64,000 bases of DNA from Armatimonadota bacterium (lineage in GTDB: Bacteria; Armatimonadota; Zipacnadia; Zipacnadales; UBA5352), in assembly GCA_034722055.1 (NCBI GenBank), contig JAYENL010000314.1, positions 55,938-119,937 of the forward strand, read 5' to 3'. Position 1 is the first letter of the stretch. Each line of letters begins with the position of its first letter. Both the position numbers and the translations under genes were made by a program. The notes under the pieces were generated by a model that saw nothing but the letters and a program-made list of their open reading frames with translations, had not been told where the DNA came from and searched no databases. This document shows, piece by piece, positions 28,990 to 39,031 of the stretch.

Positions 28990-30242
28990 CAGAAGGCCCC
29001 CACGGCCGAGCGGCGCGCGGTGGCGGCAGCGGCGAGGGCCTCGGTAATGTCGGCGGGGGACCGGAGCACGGCCACCTGGATGCCGGCGGCCCTGGCGGAC
29101 TCGACGGTCCGGCGGGGGATCACCGCGAAGCGTTCGGGAGCGCCCTCAAGATCGCCACGCACCACCACCAGCGTCACGGAGCCGGCTGCGCCGGATCGGG
29201 CCGCGATGACCTCCACCAGCGGCTCCTCGACGGCGGTGGTGACGACGAAGACCGAGGCGCCGCGGGGCACGGAGCGGAGCTGTGACGCCAGCGACGCGGC
29301 GAACGCACCGTCCTCCACCAGCCGGGCCTCGGCCAGCGCCACCATGATGCGGTGAAGATGCGGCTGGCCGGACCCGGACCGGCTGACCGCCTGCGGCAGC
29401 CCCTCCCCGAAGACCGCCACCGACCGCTGCTCCGCGAGTCCGGCGCGGGCGATCGACGCCGCGGCGGAGATGGCTGTCTCCAGCGTGCTGACCGCGCCCT
29501 GGCCGTAGTGGTTGCCGGCCAGCAGGTCGAGGTGCACCGAGATGAGGTCGTGGCGGATGGGCTCGTACTCCTTCACTGCCAGCTCGCCCACGTGGGCGGT
29601 GACCTTCCAGTGCACATGGCGCAGGTCATCGCCGGGGGTGTGCTCCCGGATGCCGCGGAACTCGCCCTGGTCCCGGCGGGCGTCACGCCCGCGGAAGGCG
29701 TAGCGCCCGTAGCCGGCCTCCCAGGCCGCCACCGGCGGCAGGTCGTAGGTGCGGGGGAAGACCACCAGCTCGTGGGCCTCGCCCCGCTCGCGGCGCTGCT
29801 CGAACATGCCGATGGGATCGGTGTCGATCAGGGCTGGAGGCCGGAGGCGGTACCGTCCGCGCAGTGGGGGGGCCAGCTCAAGCTCCAAGTCCAGTTCCGA
29901 GAGCGGTGGCATGGGTGGGAGGAGGAACCGGCGGCGGAGCGTGACGCCCTCCACCGTCAGGTTCTCCAGCGTCGCCTCCACGGCCGCGGAGCCGACGGTG
30001 ATGCCGCCGACGGACCGCACGTGCAGCTCGGGCCTGATGGGAGCGCCGGCCACGGCATTGCGGCCCGGCGGCGACATCTGCACGCGCAGACGGGTCAGGG
30101 CGAGCTGCGACAGCAGAAAGGCGACGAGCATGACCGCACCGCAGACGCCCGCCAGCACGTACATCACGCGGGCGTCATTCATGGCGCCGACGGCCCAGAG
30201 GACCACGGCGGCCAGGGCGAAGATGCGGAAGTTGCGGCTCAT
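28989..30242 (-). CDS. DUF58 domain protein
   Basis: RGRY..DPIGMF, EFRGIREHTPGDDLRHVHWKVTA. Confidence 0.92.
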   Translation of the reverse strand: MSRNFRIFALAAVVLWAVGAMNDARVMYVLAGVCGAVMLVAFLLSQLALTRLRVQMSPPGRNAVAGAPIRPELHVRSVGGITVGSAAVEATLENLTVEGVTLRRRFLLPPMPPLSELDLELELAPPLRGRYRLRPPALIDTDPIGMFEQRRERGEAHELVVFPRTYDLPPVAAWEAGYGRYAFRGRDARRDQGEFRGIREHTPGDDLRHVHWKVTAHVGELAVKEYEPIRHDLISVHLDLLAGNHYGQGAVSTLETAISAAASIARAGLAEQRSVAVFGEGLPQAVSRSGSGQPHLHRIMVALAEARLVEDGAFAASLASQLRSVPRGASVFVVTTAVEEPLVEVIAARSGAAGSVTLVVVRGDLEGAPERFAVIPRRTVESARAAGIQVAVLRSPADITEALAAAATARRSAVGAF

Positions 30243-30263
30243 GATCGACCCTCGCCTGACGGC

Positions 30264-31220
30264 TTACGATGGGACGGGAACGCTGTGCAGCAGCTCGTCC
30301 ACGACCTGGGCGCCCGTCACGCCGCTGACGCGGGCCTCGGGGCGCGGGATGAGTCGGTGCGCCAGTGCCGCCCGAGCGATGCCCTTGACATCGTCCGGGC
30401 CTACGAAGTCCCGGGCCCCGACGGTCGCCACCGCCTGCGCGCAGCGCACCAGCGCCAGACTCCCCCGCGGCCCGGCGCCGAGGTAGAGCTGATCGGACTG
30501 CCGCGTCCTCTCGATGAGCTCCAGGACGTAGTCGTAGATCTCCTCCGAGACGTGGCAGCGGGCCGCCGTCTGCTGCACCGCCGCGACGTCCTCGGAGGCC
30601 GCCACCGGCTCCAGCTCCTCCACGGGGTGGCCCAGGAGCTGCTCCTGGACGATCTGCTTCTCCTCGTCCCGCTGGGGGTAGCCGATGGAGAAGCGCAGCA
30701 GGAAGCGGTCGAGCTGGGACTCGGGAAGCGGGTAGACGCCCTCGTACTCGATGGGGTTCTCGGTGGCGATGACCATGAAGGGCCGCTGCAGGGGGTGAGT
30801 GACGCCGTCCACGGTGACCTGCCGCTCCTCCATGGCCTCCAGGAGGCTCGACTGCGTGCGCGGCGAGGCCCGGTTGATCTCATCCGCCAGCACGATGTTG
30901 GCGAAGACCGGCCCCGGCCGGAAGACGAACTCGGCCTCCTTCTGGTCGAAGATGGAGACGCCGGTGACGTCGGTGGGCAGAAGGTCCGGGGTGAACTGAA
31001 TGCGCCGGAACTGGCCCCCGATGGAGGCGGCCAGCGAGCGGGCCAGCATGGTCTTGCCCACGCCGGGAACGTCCTCAAGCAGCACGTGGCCGCGGGCGAT
31101 CATGGCCACCAGCACGCGCTCAACGGCCTCGCGCTTGCCGATGATCACCCGCTCCACGTTGTCCGCGATGCGATTGCAGACGGCCGCGGCCTCATCGACC
31201 GTCATCGCCGTCCTCGGCAT
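30264..31220 (-). CDS. MoxR family AAA+ ATPase
   Basis: GHVLLEDVPGVGKT, RIQFTPDLLPTD, LADEINRASPRTQSSLLEAM, LPESQLDRF. Confidence 0.96.
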   Translation of the reverse strand: MPRTAMTVDEAAAVCNRIADNVERVIIGKREAVERVLVAMIARGHVLLEDVPGVGKTMLARSLAASIGGQFRRIQFTPDLLPTDVTGVSIFDQKEAEFVFRPGPVFANIVLADEINRASPRTQSSLLEAMEERQVTVDGVTHPLQRPFMVIATENPIEYEGVYPLPESQLDRFLLRFSIGYPQRDEEKQIVQEQLLGHPVEELEPVAASEDVAAVQQTAARCHVSEEIYDYVLELIERTRQSDQLYLGAGPRGSLALVRCAQAVATVGARDFVGPDDVKGIARAALAHRLIPRPEARVSGVTGAQVVDELLHSVPVPS

Positions 31221-31246
31221 TCATCCCCACGCTCCAGTGTGCTGCG

Positions 31247-32065
31247 CTACCCGGTGGCCTGTGCGATGTACTCCCGCATGACCCCGGCGTCGTGCGGCAG
31301 GACCTCCTCGGGCTCAAAGGCTCTGATCCACTCGCCTGAGAGGAGGCCGTCGTAGTCGATGCTCGCCAGCAGCCCGATGGCCTCGTCGTGCGGAATCTCG
31401 CCCTCGCCCATCAGGGCGATCTGCCAGCCGGCGGGGCCGCCGTCCTCGGGCGGCACGCCGTCGTGCACGTGGCAGTGCCGGACGAAGTCCCTCACGTTGC
31501 TGAAGGCCGTCTCCATGTCCTCTCCGTGGCGCCAGGGGTGCATGATGTCCCAGGTGATGGCCACGTTGGGGTGATCGGCCATGCGCACCGTCTCCGCGCA
31601 GTCGGCGGAGAGGCTGTAGGCGTCGTGGGTCTCCACGCACAGGTAGACGCCGCACTCGCCGGCGTGCTGGCCGCACTCGTGCAGGGCCTCGGCGACCACC
31701 TTCTTGGCGTCCGCGAAGTCCATGCCCTCCGGGGTCATGCCCCCGAAGACGCGGATGTTCTGCGCGCCCAGGTCTGCGGCCAGGTCGCAGTACTGCCTGG
31801 TGAGATCGATGCTCTCCTGCAGCTCGTGGTCGCTGTCGAGGGCGTAGCGGCGCGAGGTGGCGATGGTGTGCAGGTCCACGCCGCAGTCTGCGAACTGCTG
31901 CTTGATGGCGGCGCGCTGCTTCTTGGTCGTGTCCAGCTCCACGCCGTGGTTGTGATCCGCCTCACAGCGTGGCTCCACGGCGTCGTAGCCGTAGCGGATG
32001 GCGGCGGCCAGGTGCTCCTCCAGCGACCAGTCGGGAGCCACGAAGGTCATGAAGCTGATCCTCAT
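31247..32065 (-). CDS. Sugar phosphate isomerase/epimerase (TIM barrel)
   Basis: GYDAVE, IRVFGG, VETHD, WDIMH, HCHVHD, SGEW. Confidence 0.88.
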   Translation of the reverse strand: MRISFMTFVAPDWSLEEHLAAAIRYGYDAVEPRCEADHNHGVELDTTKKQRAAIKQQFADCGVDLHTIATSRRYALDSDHELQESIDLTRQYCDLAADLGAQNIRVFGGMTPEGMDFADAKKVVAEALHECGQHAGECGVYLCVETHDAYSLSADCAETVRMADHPNVAITWDIMHPWRHGEDMETAFSNVRDFVRHCHVHDGVPPEDGGPAGWQIALMGEGEIPHDEAIGLLASIDYDGLLSGEWIRAFEPEEVLPHDAGVMREYIAQATG

Positions 32066-32071
32066 GCAGAT

Positions 32072-32734
32072 TCACCTTTTCTCGTGATCTACCGGCGCAT
32101 CAGTCTTCGGCGGCCGCGACACCCAGGGGCAGTCGGGCAGCATGTAGCGCAACATCAGCTCCTCGCCGCTTCCCTCGGCCAGCCCGATGCGTGTGGTGAC
32201 CAGGATCTCATCGGGCCGGTCAGGGCCCGGCGCTACGAACAGCTCGCCGCCGGTGACCCGCCCGCGATTGTGCTCGATCGACACGCCGAACGCCTCTACG
32301 AGTTTCGCCGGGCCGCTGCAGAGGTCCTTCACTCGGCGGCGCCCGCGCCGCCTGCGCATCTCCTCAATACCCGCGATCGGCTGGGCGGAGCGCAGCAGCA
32401 CCGCCTCGGGCGTGCCCTCCGGCTGGGTCACAATGTTCAGGCACAAATGCATGCCGTATATCAGGTAGATGTAGATGGTGCCGGGCGGGCCGAACATGGG
32501 GTCATTGCGCTCGGTTCTTCCGCGCGCAGCGTGGCAGCCCGGATCGTTCTCGGCCAGGTAGGCCTCGGTCTCCACCAGCCGGCCCACCACGTGCGCCTGC
32601 TCGCTGCGGTGCACCAGGAGGCAGCCGAGGAGGTCCCTGGCGACCGCAGGGGTGTCCTGAAGGTAGAACTCCGGCGGAAGGGGCCGGAGCTGTTCGACGG
32701 GCGGCGAGCTGTCCTCAGGATTGGGGTTAGCCAC
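32072..32734 (-). CDS. mpg: DNA-3-methyladenine glycosylase (AAG/MPG family)
   Basis: VARDLLG, GRLVETEAY, MFGPPG.IYIYLIYGMHLCLNIV, AVLLRS, GPAKL, TRIG; start codon uncertain. Confidence 0.93.
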   Translation of the reverse strand: MANPNPEDSSPPVEQLRPLPPEFYLQDTPAVARDLLGCLLVHRSEQAHVVGRLVETEAYLAENDPGCHAARGRTERNDPMFGPPGTIYIYLIYGMHLCLNIVTQPEGTPEAVLLRSAQPIAGIEEMRRRRGRRRVKDLCSGPAKLVEAFGVSIEHNRGRVTGGELFVAPGPDRPDEILVTTRIGLAEGSGEELMLRYMLPDCPWVSRPPKTDAPVDHEKR

Positions 32735-32871
32735 GGGCCATCTCGGGTATACCAATCATGGTCGAGCGAGAGCGAGACCTCGGAGACAGAGTACGCGCGG
32801 CACCGGGCCGCGCAAGGCAGGTTCGCCGGCACCTACAGACGCCCTCCCAGGTTTGCACGCCGGCGCCTGCA

Positions 32872-32903
32872 GACAGCGCCCACCATCTCCGGTGGGCGCT
32901 GTC
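32872..32903. terminator. 13-bp hairpin, probable terminator of the 32935-33480 gene
   Basis: GACAGCGCCCACC-atctcc-GGTGGGCGCTGTC; weak U-tract. Confidence 0.5.
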
Positions 32904-32934
32904 ACTTCGTGGCGGCCCGCTCGCCGACGCGCCG

Positions 32935-33480
32935 TCAGGGCCCCAGGGGCTGCTGCAGTCCGGCGCCCATCTCATCGTGCTTGATACCGCCGCTGCCGCC
33001 CCCGGCGATCTCCGACTGCACCGCGCAGAGCACCCGCCGGCCGCTGTCCACCACGCCGAAGACCAGCAAGGCGCCCATCTTCAAGGGGTCCTCGTCGGCA
33101 CCCACCGCCTGGATCAGCCGCTGCTGGATCTGCTCCATCTGCCGCATGGTCCGCTGGCGCCTGCGCAGGTACTCCTCGACCGCCGCGGCCCGTGCCTCAC
33201 GGGGCTCGGCGTCGTCGAGCACCGCCACCGCCATCGCCTCCAGATCGGCCCGGAGGCGCTCCTGGAGGCGATGCAGGTGGAACTTGGTGCCGAAGACCAT
33301 CCGCATCTGCTGCTCGGTGAAGCCCGCGCTCTTGCCGAAGTCGATGCGCGCCTGGCGAACGTTGTCCTCGCCCAGCTCCGCGCCCAGGTCGGTAACCGGG
33401 CCTGCCTCATCCGCCTGCGCCGCACTCCCGAGCACCAGGACCACGGCTGCGATCACCCACACACCCGCTGCTATCCTCAC
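32935..33480 (-). CDS. Secreted hypothetical helical protein
   Basis: AGGAGGT RBS before GTG 33480; signal peptide ending AQA. Confidence 0.7.
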   Translation of the reverse strand: MRIAAGVWVIAAVVLVLGSAAQADEAGPVTDLGAELGEDNVRQARIDFGKSAGFTEQQMRMVFGTKFHLHRLQERLRADLEAMAVAVLDDAEPREARAAAVEEYLRRRQRTMRQMEQIQQRLIQAVGADEDPLKMGALLVFGVVDSGRRVLCAVQSEIAGGGSGGIKHDEMGAGLQQPLGP

Positions 33481-33915
33481 CGTGCCAGCACCTCCTGCAT
33501 CGGATTCAGCCGGCTCTATTGGCGTCAGACGCTCCACGTGGCGCAGGGTTCAGTATTCTGCCGCATTATTGCGTTTCCCAGCAGGGCGAGGCGACGATAT
33601 GTGACGAAAGCGTACCATGAGCGGGAGGCGTCGCGCAGGGCCGGCTTTCCCAAGCCGGCCATCGCCCGGAGGCGCTTACGCGCCTCTCCCCGCGGCGACA
33701 GCCCCGCCCGAAGGGCAATTGTCGTGCCAACAACGACGACGGCTGTGGCCTTCGGCTCCTCCCGCAGGGCGGACTTGCGCGTCCCTCGACTGAACCCCAA
33801 CAAGCCGTTCCGGCGACCATGAACCGGCGGCACCAAACGCGCCGCAGGACTCGGGCCGCTGGCGGGGAATGCTGACTCGGCAGGCAAAAACAGGCACTCC
33901 CGGGAGGACAGTGTG

Positions 33916-35295
33916 ATGCGGACCCCGCGCGATTCGGACATCTCGGTGCTGGACACTGACATCATCCTGGAGCCACAGCAGGCCCGCACGCCGCTGAAGT
34001 TCGGTGCAGTGGTGGTGGAGAGCGTGCCGTTCTGCAAGGTGCGGGTGACGGTGGAGAACGGGAACCACGACGTGGCGGAGGGATGGGGCGGGATCTTCCT
34101 GATGGACCAGTGGGGGTGGCCGGACCCCTCGGTCTCCCACGAGGACAAGCAGCGGGTGATGCAGCGCGTGGTGGAGGACTACGTGCACCTGGTGGCCACC
34201 CATCCGGGCAACTGCCACCCCATCGACATCTTCACGGACCTGGAGGACGACCTGGCGCGGGTCAGCCGGGAGGCCTGCGAGATGGAGGGCGTCGATGCCC
34301 AGCAGCCCTTCCTGAGCGCCCTGATCTGCGCGTCACCGACGGACGCGGCGCTGCACGACGCCTTCGGCAACGTCAACGCCATCGACACCTACGATGGCTA
34401 CGGGCCGGAGCTGATGGATGACCTCAGCAAGTGGCTGGGGCCTGAGTTCGAGGCCGAGTACCCCCAGCAGTACATCCGCGACGAGTATCTCCCCAAGGTG
34501 CCCATCTTTCACCTGGTGGGCGGGCTGGACAAGCTCACCCGCGACGAGCTCGACGAGTCCGACCCCGACGACGGCCTGCCCAACTGCCTGGCGGACTGGA
34601 TCGCGCACGAGGGGATGTACTGCCTGAAGGTCAAGCTGCGCGGTGACGACCTGGACTGGGACGTCGAGCGCATGATCGCCGTCCACGACGTGGGCCGGGA
34701 GGAGCTGGACCGGCTGGGGATCGAGCAGATGCACCTCACCGCCGACACCAACGAGATGTGCCAGAGCCCCGACTACATCGTGGAGATGCTGGAGCGCATC
34801 CGGGAGCGCTCGCCGGAGTGCTTCGAGCGGATTCTCTACATCGAGCAGCCCACCGGCCGGGACCTGGACGTGCACGACCACGACATGTCTGCGATCGCGG
34901 AGCTCAAGCCGGTGATCGTGGACGAGAGTCTGACCACGCTGGAGACCTTTGACCGGGCCATGGAGCTGGGGTGGTCGGGGGTGGCGCTCAAGACCTGCAA
35001 GGGGCACTCCTCGGAGATGCTGTTCGCGTCCAAGGCCGGGAAGCTGGGCATCCCCTACGCGGTGCAGGACCTGACGAACCCGTCCATCGCCCTGATACAC
35101 TCCGTGGGGCTGGGCGCGCGGCTGTTCACCATCATGGGCGTGGAGGCCAACAGCCGGCAGTTCTTCCCGGACTCCACCTCGGAGGCCGAGAAGCGCGTGC
35201 ATGAGGGCATCTTCAGCCTCACGCGCGGGGAGGCCGACACCTCCAGCCTCCGGGGCTGCGGCCTCGGCTACCAGATGAACCGCATTCTGGGCTGA
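33916..35295 (+). CDS. Enolase superfamily (mandelate racemase/sugar-acid dehydratase-like) protein
   Basis: DAALHDAFG, KVKLRG (KxK), ADTNE, YIEQP, VDES metal ligands. Confidence 0.85.
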   Translation: MRTPRDSDISVLDTDIILEPQQARTPLKFGAVVVESVPFCKVRVTVENGNHDVAEGWGGIFLMDQWGWPDPSVSHEDKQRVMQRVVEDYVHLVATHPGNCHPIDIFTDLEDDLARVSREACEMEGVDAQQPFLSALICASPTDAALHDAFGNVNAIDTYDGYGPELMDDLSKWLGPEFEAEYPQQYIRDEYLPKVPIFHLVGGLDKLTRDELDESDPDDGLPNCLADWIAHEGMYCLKVKLRGDDLDWDVERMIAVHDVGREELDRLGIEQMHLTADTNEMCQSPDYIVEMLERIRERSPECFERILYIEQPTGRDLDVHDHDMSAIAELKPVIVDESLTTLETFDRAMELGWSGVALKTCKGHSSEMLFASKAGKLGIPYAVQDLTNPSIALIHSVGLGARLFTIMGVEANSRQFFPDSTSEAEKRVHEGIFSLTRGEADTSSLRGCGLGYQMNRILG

Positions 35296-35298
35296 GGC

Positions 35299-35934
35299 TC
35301 AGCGCCCCGACCGGGCGTTGAGCTCGGCCACCAGATGGCCGGGCGGCTCCCAGATGGCGTGCAGCAGCAGCTTGCGCACCTCCAGCCACATCAAGTGGCT
35401 GCGCGAGCGGCGATGGGGGTCGAAAGGGGAGTAGGGGCTGCCGGCGCCCTGCGCCGGGATGCCGAGCTCCCGCGCCATGAGCAGCGCGCGGTAGAGATGG
35501 AAGGGGCAGCTTGTGACGATCGCGCTTCGCCACCCGCGCCGGCGCATGATCCCTCGCGAGTGGGTCAGGTTCTCCCAGGTTGTGCGGCTGCGGTTCTCCA
35601 GTGCAATGTCTTCGCGACGGACACCTCGCTGGGTCAGCCAGCGCTTCGCGCCCTCGGCGACCGGCGACCTCTCCGTCACGATGATGGCCGGGGCGTAGCC
35701 GCGCCGGTAGAGGTCGAGGGCGTAGCGGAGCCGCCCGCGGTAGATGGGAGATGGCTCTGACGCGGTGCCGCCGGAGCCCAGGACGATGATGACGTCAGCC
35801 CGATGCGTCGGCTGCGCGTCCGCGCCCCGGCTGACGCGCACGTAGAGCCAACCGGGCACCAGCGCGACGGCAAGCAGCAGAAGCATCGCGATCCTGGCCC
35901 GGACACGGGCCCAGCTCACTTCGCCGGACATCAC
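35299..35934 (-). CDS. YdcF/DUF218 (ElyC/SanA-like) protein
   Basis: N-terminal TM; ADVIIVLG, ENRSRTTWENL, IVTSCPFHLYRA. Confidence 0.88.
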   Translation of the reverse strand: MMSGEVSWARVRARIAMLLLLAVALVPGWLYVRVSRGADAQPTHRADVIIVLGSGGTASEPSPIYRGRLRYALDLYRRGYAPAIIVTERSPVAEGAKRWLTQRGVRREDIALENRSRTTWENLTHSRGIMRRRGWRSAIVTSCPFHLYRALLMARELGIPAQGAGSPYSPFDPHRRSRSHLMWLEVRKLLLHAIWEPPGHLVAELNARSGR

Positions 35935-35960
35935 TGCTCATGCTCCCCTGACCGCCGCCG

Positions 35961-36545
35961 TCACGGCCCGAGAACTCGGTACTTGGGGTATGACAGGCAC
36001 TCCCGCAGCGTGTACTTGACGTGTCGCCACGCGTCCTGTTCCGTGGGGCTGTCTGGCGCCGCCGCCATCTGCACGCTCATCCCCAGGTCCCGCGCCATCG
36101 CTCGGGAGCGGAAGACGTGGAAGGGGCAGGTCACCACGATGGCGCTCTGCCAGCCGCGCCCACGCATGATCTCCCGCGACAGCAGCAGGTTCTGCCAGGT
36201 GTCGCGGCTGCGGTTCTCAATGACGATGGCCTTGGCGGGGATGCCGTGCGTGATGAGATGCACGCAGGCCACCTCTGCCGCCGGGGTGAGCTCAGTAACG
36301 ATGATGCGATCGGCGAATCCCCGCTGATAGAGGCTGATGGCATGGTTCAGCCGTGGTCGATAGCAGCGCCCCGGACCGCGGTTGCGGACGCCAGCGCCGA
36401 GCACGATGATGCAGTCGGCTCTGTGCGTGGGCTGCAGGCCGTCCACGCGGCGAATGTGCATGTAGAGCATCGCGGTCGCGCCGGTGAGCGCGGCGGCCGG
36501 CAGCCACCACCGTCGCGCCACCGGGCGCAGCAGCCTGGCGGCCAC
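35961..36545 (-). CDS. YdcF/DUF218 protein (tandem paralog)
   Basis: ADCIIVLG, ENRSRDTWQNL, VTCPFHVFRS, LRE. Confidence 0.88.
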   Translation of the reverse strand: MAARLLRPVARRWWLPAAALTGATAMLYMHIRRVDGLQPTHRADCIIVLGAGVRNRGPGRCYRPRLNHAISLYQRGFADRIIVTELTPAAEVACVHLITHGIPAKAIVIENRSRDTWQNLLLSREIMRGRGWQSAIVVTCPFHVFRSRAMARDLGMSVQMAAAPDSPTEQDAWRHVKYTLRECLSYPKYRVLGP

Positions 36546-36548
36546 TCC

Positions 36549-37694
36549 CTACATCTCCCCGTACTTCAGACCGGACTGGATGTACTGCAGGCAGTTGTCG
36601 CGGAGCTGATCGCTCATCCAGGTGATGGGCGTGGCCGAGGGGTAGAGCATCACCCCGGACTTGCCGCCCTCGCAGATGGCGCGGCGCACCAGCTCGTCGA
36701 TCTCGCCGGTGCTGCACTGCTCCATGTGCCTGAACTCGATGTTGCCCATCAGCACCATCCTGCGACGGCAGCGGCGCTTGGCATCGGCGAAGTGCACGTC
36801 GCCGTCAGGCGGTGGCTCGACCGGATCGGTCATGTCCGCGCCCATCGCCATCATCAGGTCCAGCACGTCATTGACCTTCCCGTGGCAGTGGATGTGCACC
36901 AGCGCGCCGTGGCTCTTCGCCAGCTCGATGAGCCGGCCGTCGTAGGGCACCACCAGGTCCTCGTAGAAGTCGTAGGACATCATGGGCGGCGTGGCCTGCT
37001 CGGAGCCGCCCATCCAGATGCACTCGATGGCGCCCGACTCCAGCAGATGCTCCAGCCGCACGTGGATGCGCTCGAAGATGGTGGCGATGAGGCGCTCCAC
37101 GACCGGGCGCTTGGAGGCCGTCCACTCCAGGAACAGCTCGAAGGGCATCGTGTGCGAGGCGCACACCAGCGGGGTGGAGACCCCCAGCTCCACCAGCCCC
37201 CGCTCGCCCCACGCCCGGCGCTCGGCCGCGAAGGGCTCCGGGTCGGGGAGGTTCGGCTCGAAGGGCACTGACAGGAGGGCCTCCACGTCCGCCTCGGACT
37301 TGATAAGCGGCTCGACCATCCAGGCGGTGGTCACCTCCCGGTCGCGAGCGGTGACCGTACGGAGGTCGCCCTTCGGGGTGTGCACGAGGGTGGTGATGAT
37401 GGTGCGCTCGCCAACCTGCTCGACGGACGCCCGCTCGATGTGCTCGGCCGGGATGAGTGCGTAAGCGCGGCTGAAGAGCCCACCGGCCGCCCGATGGCGC
37501 CCCTCAAGCTGGCAGTAGCGCTCCACGAGCTCGGCGACCACCCGGTAGTTCTCGTGCTCCTGCCACGGCTGCAGCTCACCGCGCTCCCAGCGGCCGGGAT
37601 CGAAGGGGATGGGCGGGTAGATGGGGACGCGGTCGAATGGCTGCCACCGGAAGCAGCGCAACGCGCGCTGCCTGCGGGTCAGCTCCACGGGCAT
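36549..37694 (-). CDS. Uroporphyrinogen decarboxylase-family protein
   Basis: LTRRQRAL, TPKGDL, HIHCHG, DPVEPPP.GD, GNIE. Confidence 0.82.
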   Translation of the reverse strand: MPVELTRRQRALRCFRWQPFDRVPIYPPIPFDPGRWERGELQPWQEHENYRVVAELVERYCQLEGRHRAAGGLFSRAYALIPAEHIERASVEQVGERTIITTLVHTPKGDLRTVTARDREVTTAWMVEPLIKSEADVEALLSVPFEPNLPDPEPFAAERRAWGERGLVELGVSTPLVCASHTMPFELFLEWTASKRPVVERLIATIFERIHVRLEHLLESGAIECIWMGGSEQATPPMMSYDFYEDLVVPYDGRLIELAKSHGALVHIHCHGKVNDVLDLMMAMGADMTDPVEPPPDGDVHFADAKRRCRRRMVLMGNIEFRHMEQCSTGEIDELVRRAICEGGKSGVMLYPSATPITWMSDQLRDNCLQYIQSGLKYGEM

Positions 37695-37821
37695 CCGGCC
37701 TCACCTCAAGCGAGTGGCGCGTGCTGCAGAGAGCTTCCCGCGCGTCCGGCGCCCCACCTCCCACCACACGCAAGCGGCCCCGGCGGTAGGCCGGGGCCGC
37801 TGTCTCCCCCATGCCAGCTCG

Positions 37822-38970
37822 TCAGAGCCGGTCCAGCTTCTCCTCGAACAGGGCGTGGTGCAGGGCGGCGCACACCTGATCCGCCACGGCTTGCACCTCC
37901 GTGCTCTGCGCCTCTGCGTCGGCGGGCTGGACGGTGAGGATGGTCACGCCGCGGCCGATCACCTGCACCGTCTCGCCGGCAGTGGTCACAGACACGTCAT
38001 GCTTGCGCATCCCGGCCTTGAGAGCCTCGGTGAGCCGGGCTGCGATGGCCTCGGCGCGCGCCATGGGCGAGTCATGCTCCGGACCGGGGGTCAGCACCCG
38101 GAAGATCTCCTTGCCCCACAGCGCCACGCGGACGTACTTCTCGCCCTCGCTCTCCCCCTCGACCTCCTCCGCCACGGGCCGCTCCCATTCTGTGGTGGCC
38201 CTGCGGTTGATGTCGCGGCCGGCCTCGTAGATCTGGTCGGCGAGGGCCTGGACGCGCTCCGCCGCCAGGGGGTGGGTCTTATCGACGCCACGCTCCAACT
38301 GCGGCTGCCGTCCCTCCTTGGCCGCGAGGCGCTCCATGAAGGTCAGCAGCCCCACGGGATCATAGGCGGTCTTGAGGAGAAACTCAACGGCGTGGGCGTC
38401 GGCGGCCCTCTCCATGCCGATGGAGTAGTGATTCAACACCCCGCGCCCAATGAGCTCGGCGGTGACGAGCACCGTGGAGACCATCTCGCTGTCGCCGCCG
38501 GCCAGGATGGCGGCGATAGCCGCGGCCAATGAGCCGGTGAACAGCTCCTTGTTGCGATCAGCCTGGAGGAGCGCGTCGTAGGTGCAGTTGTGTGCTATCT
38601 CGTGGGCCAGCACCCCCGCCAGCTCATGGTCGGACTGCACGGCGCCCAGCAGCCCCTTGGTGACGTAGATGATGCCGCCGGGAAGGCTGAAGCCGTTGAC
38701 CGCCTCAGTGTCCAGCAGCCGGATGTCGTACTCAACATCCGGCCGGCCGCTGACCTTGGCGATCTCAGTGACGATCTCGGTGAGGCGCGCCTGGGCCTCT
38801 TCGTCCTCGTAGCGTTCGTACTGCTTCTCGACCTCGGCGGCGGCCTCTGCGCCGATTCGCTGCTCATACTCCTTGGAGTAGGGTGGCTTGTTCTGCTTCG
38901 CTGCCACCGCTGTCGGAGCCGCGAGGCAGATGATGAGCAGCAGACTGATTGTGGCATGTAGTCTTCTCAT
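37822..38970 (-). CDS. Secreted M48 family metallopeptidase
   Basis: NGFSLPGG.IYV, ELAGVLAHEIAH, ERAADA, THPLAAERV. Confidence 0.92.
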   Translation of the reverse strand: MRRLHATISLLLIICLAAPTAVAAKQNKPPYSKEYEQRIGAEAAAEVEKQYERYEDEEAQARLTEIVTEIAKVSGRPDVEYDIRLLDTEAVNGFSLPGGIIYVTKGLLGAVQSDHELAGVLAHEIAHNCTYDALLQADRNKELFTGSLAAAIAAILAGGDSEMVSTVLVTAELIGRGVLNHYSIGMERAADAHAVEFLLKTAYDPVGLLTFMERLAAKEGRQPQLERGVDKTHPLAAERVQALADQIYEAGRDINRRATTEWERPVAEEVEGESEGEKYVRVALWGKEIFRVLTPGPEHDSPMARAEAIAARLTEALKAGMRKHDVSVTTAGETVQVIGRGVTILTVQPADAEAQSTEVQAVADQVCAALHHALFEEKLDRL

Positions 38971-39031
38971 TCCATCTCCAATGACGCGCAGACGCCCCCG
39001 CGTGTTCCCGGTTCGCGCGCTGTCACGTCTC

